NCBI RefSeq assembly: GCF_001306055.1
Contig: NZ_LGHJ01000014.1
Span: forward strand, 180,001 to 212,000
Direction of reading: 5' to 3'
Source of the DNA: Bellilinea caldifistulae
GTDB lineage: Bacteria > Chloroflexota > Anaerolineae > Anaerolineales > Anaerolineaceae
DNA: 32,000 nt
The notes beneath the pieces were generated by a model. That model was not told the DNA's origin, did no database searches, and saw only the letters and a list, made by a program, of their open reading frames with translations. This document shows, piece by piece, positions 26,628-32,000 of the stretch (the stretch's first letter is position 1; every line of letters starts with the position of its first letter). Both the position numbers and the translations under genes were made by a program.

Positions 26628-27296
26628 ATGCTGCTGGCATTGGATACGTCAACTCAATACGCCGGCGTTGCCCTGTATGAAGGGGCGCAGGTCATTGCGG
26701 AATCGATCTGGCGCACCCAAAATCATCACACCGTCGAGGTGGCTCCGGCTTTGCAAGACCTGATGAATCGCTGCGGAGTGCGCACTGCTGACTTAAAAGC
26801 CATCGGGGTCGCTCTTGGACCGGGATCCTTCACCAGCTTACGGATTGGACTGGCGATTGCCAAAGGTATGGCATTGGCTTTGAAAATTCCCTTGATTGGC
26901 ATCCCGACCTTTGAAATCCTGACGGCTGCCCAACCGGTGCAAGACCTCCCGCTGGTGGTTGCCTTGCAGGCCGGAAGAGGGCGGCTGGCAGTGGGCTGGT
27001 ATCAGTCAAAAGCACACCGCTGGGAAAGTCAGTCCGAACCGAAGGTGATGAGTGTCGAAGAATTGGCACAAACCATCGAAACGCCCACTCTGGTTTGCGG
27101 TGAATTGAGCGCAGCAGAGCGGGTAGTCCTGGCACGTAAAAGACGATTGGTTGTGCTGGCTTCACCAGCCGCTTCCTTGCGCAGGCCATCCTATCTGGCG
27201 GAACTGGCGTGGAAACGCTGGCGCACTAACAAAGTGGATGATCCAATCCGTCTGGCGCCGATTTACCTCAGCACCGCGGAGGGAGTAACGGTTTGA
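26628..27296 (+). CDS. tsaB: tRNA t6A37 biosynthesis protein TsaB
   Basis: MLLALDTSTQYAGVAL and GPGSFTSLRIGLAIAKGMA motifs. The ATG directly abuts the tsaE stop (TGAATG). Confidence 0.9.
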   Translation: MLLALDTSTQYAGVALYEGAQVIAESIWRTQNHHTVEVAPALQDLMNRCGVRTADLKAIGVALGPGSFTSLRIGLAIAKGMALALKIPLIGIPTFEILTAAQPVQDLPLVVALQAGRGRLAVGWYQSKAHRWESQSEPKVMSVEELAQTIETPTLVCGELSAAERVVLARKRRLVVLASPAASLRRPSYLAELAWKRWRTNKVDDPIRLAPIYLSTAEGVTV

Positions 27297-27862
27297 AAGA
27301 AAACCTTTCCTCAGCCCGGGTGATCATCCGTCCAATGGAATTGCGGGATGTTCCGCGAGTGCGGGAAATTGATCTGGCTTCATTTTCGCTGCCATGGCCG
27401 GAACGATCCTTCCGATTCGAAATCACCGAAAATCCGGCTTCCCGCTTGTGGGTTGCGGAAGTTCAAACTGCCGAGGGGCAGGTTGAGGTGGTGGGTATGA
27501 TTGTGATGTGGCAGGTACTGGACGAGGCGCATATCGGTACCTTTGCCATCCACCCGGTCTATCGGCGGCATGGAATCGGCCGCCGCCTGCTGGCAGAATC
27601 CCTGCTTGAAGTGTACGAAATGGGTGTCCGGCAATGTTATCTGGAAGTCCGCCGTTCGAATCTGGCTGCCCAGAATCTCTATAAAAAATTTGGGTTCAGG
27701 GTCACAGCCGTGCGTAGCGGGTACTACCGGGATAATGGAGAAGATGCCCTGATTATGACACTGGATAACATCAACCCGCAAAAATTACGCGAATTTTTGC
27801 AAGATGGTGATGAGGATGTTGGGACAATTCCTTCGGGAGAGATAGACCATGGATCAACCTGA
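27293..27862 (+). CDS. rimI: Ribosomal-protein-alanine N-acetyltransferase (GNAT)
   Basis: IRPMELRDVPRVREIDLASF, acetyl-CoA motif VYRRHGIGRRLL and YLEVRRSN. The position after tsaB is typical. The TTG start overlaps the tsaB stop, and an internal ATG at 27335 is possible. The protein has an acidic C-terminal extension. Confidence 0.8.
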   Translation: MKENLSSARVIIRPMELRDVPRVREIDLASFSLPWPERSFRFEITENPASRLWVAEVQTAEGQVEVVGMIVMWQVLDEAHIGTFAIHPVYRRHGIGRRLLAESLLEVYEMGVRQCYLEVRRSNLAAQNLYKKFGFRVTAVRSGYYRDNGEDALIMTLDNINPQKLREFLQDGDEDVGTIPSGEIDHGST

Positions 27863-28505
27863 TGAAGTCTTGAAAAAAGTCGCAGCGGAGGTATCCGTGT
27901 GTCAACGCTGCCAGCTGAGTTTTTCGCGCAAAAAAGCCGTGCCGGGAGAAGGCCCGGCAAATGCCGAAGTGATGTTTATTGGCGAAGGACCGGGCTTTTA
28001 TGAAAATGAACAGGGTCGCCCGTTTGTCGGGGCGGCCGGAAAATTTTTGGATGAACTGTTGCAGCGTGCCGGGCTAAAGAGGGAAACGGTGTTTATCACC
28101 AATGTGGTTAAATGCCGCCCGCCGGGCAACCGGGACCCTCTGCCGGAGGAGTTGATGGCCTGCAATGACTATCTGGAACGGCAGATTCAGGCGATCAATC
28201 CGCTGGTCATTGTCACGCTGGGGCGCTACTCGATGGCACGTTTTCTTCCCAATGTTCGCATCAGTGATGTGCATGGTAAAGCACGCTGGCTGGATGGGCG
28301 TATGATTGTGCCGATGTTTCATCCGGCTGCAGCCCTGCATCAACCTTCTTTGAAGGGCGCAGTAGTAGAGGACTTTTCCAGGCTGGGTGGCTACATCCAA
28401 CAGGCACGCCAGAATCGTCAAAACGTCAAAGATGCTCAGCCGCTTTCCAAACCGGCTGAGGAGGAAGAAGAGCAATCCAAACCCACCCAACTGAGCCTCT
28501 TTTAG
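27849..28505 (+). CDS. udg: Uracil-DNA glycosylase, family 4 (Fe-S type)
   Basis: CQRCQL, MFIGEGPG..E...G.PFVG.AG, VKCRPPGNR, C-NDYL and HPAAALH motifs, with four Cys for the [4Fe-4S] cluster. The C-terminal tail ends in QLSLF. Confidence 0.9.
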   Translation: MDQPDEVLKKVAAEVSVCQRCQLSFSRKKAVPGEGPANAEVMFIGEGPGFYENEQGRPFVGAAGKFLDELLQRAGLKRETVFITNVVKCRPPGNRDPLPEELMACNDYLERQIQAINPLVIVTLGRYSMARFLPNVRISDVHGKARWLDGRMIVPMFHPAAALHQPSLKGAVVEDFSRLGGYIQQARQNRQNVKDAQPLSKPAEEEEEQSKPTQLSLF

Positions 28506-28558
28506 GCGTTACGGCTAAGGGTGTTCGTTTCCATTTCTCTGGTGAAAGAGCAAAAAAG

Positions 28559-29881
28559 ATGACGGAAAACTACCAACAGCAGTTGATTGAAAAATTCAAG
28601 AACCGCTCTGCGAAAGTGGCCATCCTTGGCATGGGGTATGTGGGGCTGCCGCTCGCCGTTGTGTTTGCAGAAGCCGGCTTTGAAGTGACCGGTATTGACC
28701 CGGTTGAAAGCAAAGTGGAGGCACTCAACCGCGGCGAAAGTTATATTCTGGATGTGCCACAGGAACAGGTACAACGTCTGGTGGAGCAGGGCAGGTTAAA
28801 GGCCACGACCGATTATGCTGCTTTGCAGGAGGCGGATGCCGTTTCGATTTGTGTGCCGACCCCGCTGCGCAAAACCGGAGACCCCGATTTGTCCTATATT
28901 GTCAGTGCAGCCGAAGGACTAGCGCCGTTTGCCCACCCCGGTATGGTGATCGTCCTTGAATCCAGCACCTACCCCGGTACCACCCGTGAGCTGGTGCTGC
29001 CGGCCTTGTGTGCTCAACCCGGGCTGGAAATTGGGGATAACATTTTCCTTGCCTTTTCGCCCGAACGAGTAGATCCGGGACGCAAGGATTGGACAACTTA
29101 CAACACTCCCAAAGTGCTGGGCGGAATCACACCCCGCTGCACGGAGGTGGCGGCGGCATGGTACGGTGCGGCTCTCCAAACCGTGGTGCCGGTTTCATCC
29201 ACCGAGGTTGCTGAAATGGCCAAACTCCTTGAAAACACCTTCCGCATGATTAACATCGGTCTGGTCAATGAACTTGCGATCATGTGCAACCGTCTGAAAG
29301 TGGATGTTTGGGAGGTCATCGAAGCAGCTGCTACCAAACCCTTTGGTTTCATGAAATTTACCCCCGGTCCGGGGTTGGGCGGACATTGTATTCCTATTGA
29401 TCCGCTCTATCTCTCATGGAAACTCAAATCACTGAACTACACTGCGCGCTTCATTGAACTGGCTTCAGAGATCAACACGAACATGCCGCGCTTTGTGGTG
29501 GGAAAGGTTCAGGATGCCCTGAACGATCATCGCAAACCCCTGCGGGATAGCAAAATACTGGTCATCGGCGCGGCCTACAAGCCGGATGTGGATGACTTGC
29601 GCGAGTCACCTGCCCTGGATGTCATTCACCTGCTGCGCGAAAAAGGCGCGCTGGTCAGTTATCATGATCCTTATATTCCTACGATTGAACATAATGATTA
29701 TCATCTCGAATCGGTGACGGATTTGATGGCAGCAGTGCGCGAGGCGGATTGTGTGGTGATCATTACCAACCACTCGGTCTATGATTACCCGGCATTGCTT
29801 GAACAGGCGCGCTTGATTGTGGACACCCGCAATGCACTCGGTAAACTGGGACGCAATCATCCCAAAGTGGTGAGGTTGTAA
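28559..29881 (+). CDS. Nucleotide-sugar 6-dehydrogenase (UDP-GlcNAc/UDP-ManNAc dehydrogenase-like; TviB/WbpA/WecC family)
   Basis: NAD fold VAILGMGYVGLPLAVVFA, and the catalytic Cys in PGPGLGGHCIPIDP. LVNELAIMCNRL matches TviB-type LVNELAIIFNRL. Confidence 0.88.
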   Translation: MTENYQQQLIEKFKNRSAKVAILGMGYVGLPLAVVFAEAGFEVTGIDPVESKVEALNRGESYILDVPQEQVQRLVEQGRLKATTDYAALQEADAVSICVPTPLRKTGDPDLSYIVSAAEGLAPFAHPGMVIVLESSTYPGTTRELVLPALCAQPGLEIGDNIFLAFSPERVDPGRKDWTTYNTPKVLGGITPRCTEVAAAWYGAALQTVVPVSSTEVAEMAKLLENTFRMINIGLVNELAIMCNRLKVDVWEVIEAAATKPFGFMKFTPGPGLGGHCIPIDPLYLSWKLKSLNYTARFIELASEINTNMPRFVVGKVQDALNDHRKPLRDSKILVIGAAYKPDVDDLRESPALDVIHLLREKGALVSYHDPYIPTIEHNDYHLESVTDLMAAVREADCVVIITNHSVYDYPALLEQARLIVDTRNALGKLGRNHPKVVRL

Positions 29882-30864
29882 TGCCGATGCGCTTTCTGGT
29901 GACCGGCGCGGCTGGATTTATCGGTGCGCGGGTAGCCAATCTGTTGATTGCCCAGGGACATCAGGTTGTGGGGGTGGACAACCTCAATACCGCCTATGAT
30001 GTGCGCTTGAAGGAATACCGGCTTGCCCGGCTTAAGGAATTTTCTCAATTTGAATTTCACCGGCAAGACATTGCCGACCGGCAGGCAATGCGGGAATTGT
30101 TCGCCCACTACCGCCCCTTTGACGGTGTAATTCATCTGGCTGCCAGGGCGGGCGTGCGTGCCAGTACCCAGGACCCCTGGGAATTTGAACGATCCAATTC
30201 GGCCGGCACGCTGACCTTGCTGGAAATGTGCCGTCAATTTGATTGTGCAAAGTTTGTATTCGCCTCGACTTCATCTATTTACGGTGCAAATCCCCCCTAT
30301 CCAACCCCTGAAGAAGCCGATAGCAGTCATCCTCTCCAGCCTTACGCAGCCACAAAAAAAGCCGGCGAGGTCATGTGTCATGCCTACCATCATTTGTACG
30401 GGCTGGATGTTACAATCTTCCGTTTCTTTACTGTCTATGGGCCGGCAGGCAGGCCGGATCTGGCCATGTTTCGTTTTGTCCAGTGGATTGCCGAAGGACG
30501 GCCGGTAAAAATCAATGGGGATGGCAGCCAGTCCCGTGGTTTTACCTACATTGATGATGTTGCCCGCGGGGTATTGCTGGGTTTGAAACCACTGGGTTTT
30601 GAAATTATCAATCTGGGCGGGCATGAATCGATCAGTGTGCTGGATTTGGTGACATTGATCGAAGAACTACTCGGTCGGAAAGCCCGGCTGGAATTTTTGC
30701 CGTTTCATCCGGCTGATATGATGAAAAATCTGGCTGATGTGCGCAAAGCAGAACAGGTGTTGGGCTGGCAGCCGCAGGTCAACCTGCGGGAGGGTGTTCA
30801 AAATCTGGTCAACTGGTACCTGCAAGAGCGCGAGTGGGCCAGCCAGATTATAACGGATGGATAG
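29881..30864 (+). CDS. NAD-dependent UDP-uronate 4-epimerase-like SDR (UDP-GlcA/GlcNAcA 4-epimerase family)
   Basis: VTGAAGFIG, the catalytic YAATKKAGE (YxxxK), and RFFTVYGPAGRPDLAMFRF, which is the signature region of UDP-glucuronate 4-epimerases (FFTVYGPWGRPDMA). The ATG overlaps the upstream stop (TAATG). Confidence 0.82.
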   Translation: MPMRFLVTGAAGFIGARVANLLIAQGHQVVGVDNLNTAYDVRLKEYRLARLKEFSQFEFHRQDIADRQAMRELFAHYRPFDGVIHLAARAGVRASTQDPWEFERSNSAGTLTLLEMCRQFDCAKFVFASTSSIYGANPPYPTPEEADSSHPLQPYAATKKAGEVMCHAYHHLYGLDVTIFRFFTVYGPAGRPDLAMFRFVQWIAEGRPVKINGDGSQSRGFTYIDDVARGVLLGLKPLGFEIINLGGHESISVLDLVTLIEELLGRKARLEFLPFHPADMMKNLADVRKAEQVLGWQPQVNLREGVQNLVNWYLQEREWASQIITDG

Positions 30865-32000
30865 TGACAAAGCGCTGGTTGCAGCAATGGCGGGAAGATC
30901 GTTTATTGCGCACGGTTGTGCGTAATTCATCTTACCTGTTTTCTTCCAATACGATCAGTATGGGATTGGCCTCCCTGCAAGGTTTGCTGGCAGCAGCCCT
31001 GTTGAATGTGGGGGATTACGGGTTGTTGGGGATGATCATTGCATATGCTTCGAATGTCAATCGTCTGCTCTCATTCCGGATGAACGAACTGGTGGTCAAG
31101 TTTGCCGGGCAGTATCTGGCTGAGGAGCAAAAGGAACGGGCAGCAGCCGTGATCAAAGCAGCCGGGATGAGTGAGGCTTTTACCTCTTTGGTGGCCTATG
31201 GACTGCTGATCCTCACCGCCCAACTGGCGGCTGTCTACATCATCAAAGATGAAAGAGCGGCTCCCTGGATTATCCTGTATGGATTGGCGCTGCTGGCCAA
31301 TCTTGTGACAGAAACATCGAGCGCCATTTTACAGCTGGGGGGGCATTTTCGCACGCTGGCAGCCTTGAACCTGAGTCAGAACTTGCTCACTGCCGGCTGG
31401 ATTGGGACGGTATTCTTGTTGCGGGGCGGCTTATTTGACGTGTTGATGGCGTATTTGGCCGGAAAATTCATCTATGGTCTGGGATTGATGATTGCGGCGT
31501 TGTACTGGATGCGGCCGTTAGTCGGTAAGGGCTGGTGGCGGATACCACTTTCCAGCCTGAGCGGTAAGAAAGAACTGGCAAAATTTGCCATCAGTACCAA
31601 TCTCAGCCAGACGGTCAACATGCTGATACGCGATAACGAGGTGTTGTGGGTGGGTTTCTTCCTCTCGCCGGTAGAAGCGGGTTATTACAAATTCGGCCTG
31701 GCAATTATGAATGTGATTGTTTTACCGATTTCGCCGTTTATCCAGACGACCTTCCCGGAAATCAACCGGGCGGTTACATTGCGCATCTGGGATCGGCTGC
31801 GGTCCTTGCTGCGACGCACCAGTTTGATTGCGGCGGCCTGGAGTGGACTGGCGGGATTGGGAATGCTGATCGCAGGTCCTTATCTTTTATCCTTTTTCAA
31901 GGATGGCGCTTATTTACCCGCCTTTCCGGTGATTCTGGTATTGTTTGCCGGTTTCAGTTTTGCAAATTTGTTTTACTGGAATCGCCCCTTGTTGCTGGCG
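30865..32000 (+). CDS. Polysaccharide/oligosaccharide flippase (Wzx-like, MOP superfamily), 3'-truncated by window edge
   Basis: Not in the ORF track because there is no stop inside the window. My own translation from the GTG at 30865 is open to position 32000. It gives VTKRWLQQWREDRLLRTVVRNSSYLFSSNTISMGLASLQGLLAAALL..., with many hydrophobic helices and the AGYYKFGLAIMN motif typical of Wzx/PST proteins. Confidence 0.75.

Overview
Dense chromosomal segment that is almost entirely housekeeping: 31 protein-coding genes, including one that runs off the right edge. I found no rRNA, tRNA, CRISPR array, transposase, integrase or phage-like gene. Recognisable content, left to right:
- an exonuclease-DinG helicase
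- a HAD-HD fusion hydrolase
- a membrane-anchored class-A beta-lactamase-like serine hydrolase
- valS behind a T-box leader
- a RibD-C/DHFR-like gene
- a kamA / Kv-beta-like aldo-keto reductase / DUF4190 unit
- the CIRCE-controlled hrcA-grpE-dnaK-dnaJ-prmA operon
- a NAPRTase-like gene, DUF2905 and a PurR-type PRT domain protein
- a small ferredoxin
- a tightly coupled M50 protease / TyrA-like / GIY-YIG / galK operon
- DUF951 plus a plant-type MGD-like glycosyltransferase
- tsaE-tsaB-rimI-udg
- the start of a surface-polysaccharide locus (sugar dehydrogenase, 4-epimerase, Wzx-like flippase)

The T-box, CIRCE, frequent TGn-extended -10 boxes and the MGD-like glycosyltransferase suggest a Chloroflexota (Anaerolineae-like) or other Gram-positive-type genome. 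That is inference only.

I found no convincing evidence for a new multi-gene system, defence or otherwise. The items most worth a second look are:
1. A prephenate-dehydrogenase homologue in which every cofactor and catalytic motif I can recognise is substituted, translationally coupled to an M50 protease.
2. A 34-bp divergent intergenic region holding two mirror-image extended -10 boxes, each 6 nt from an ATG, which predicts two leaderless mRNAs.
3. A family-4 uracil-DNA glycosylase ending in a canonical beta-clamp motif, QLSLF.
4. A HAD-HD two-hydrolase fusion.
5. An exonuclease-DinG that keeps an Fe-S-type four-Cys insert.
6. An orphan lysine 2,3-aminomutase operon.

All coordinates of short motifs were counted by hand and may be off by a few nt.
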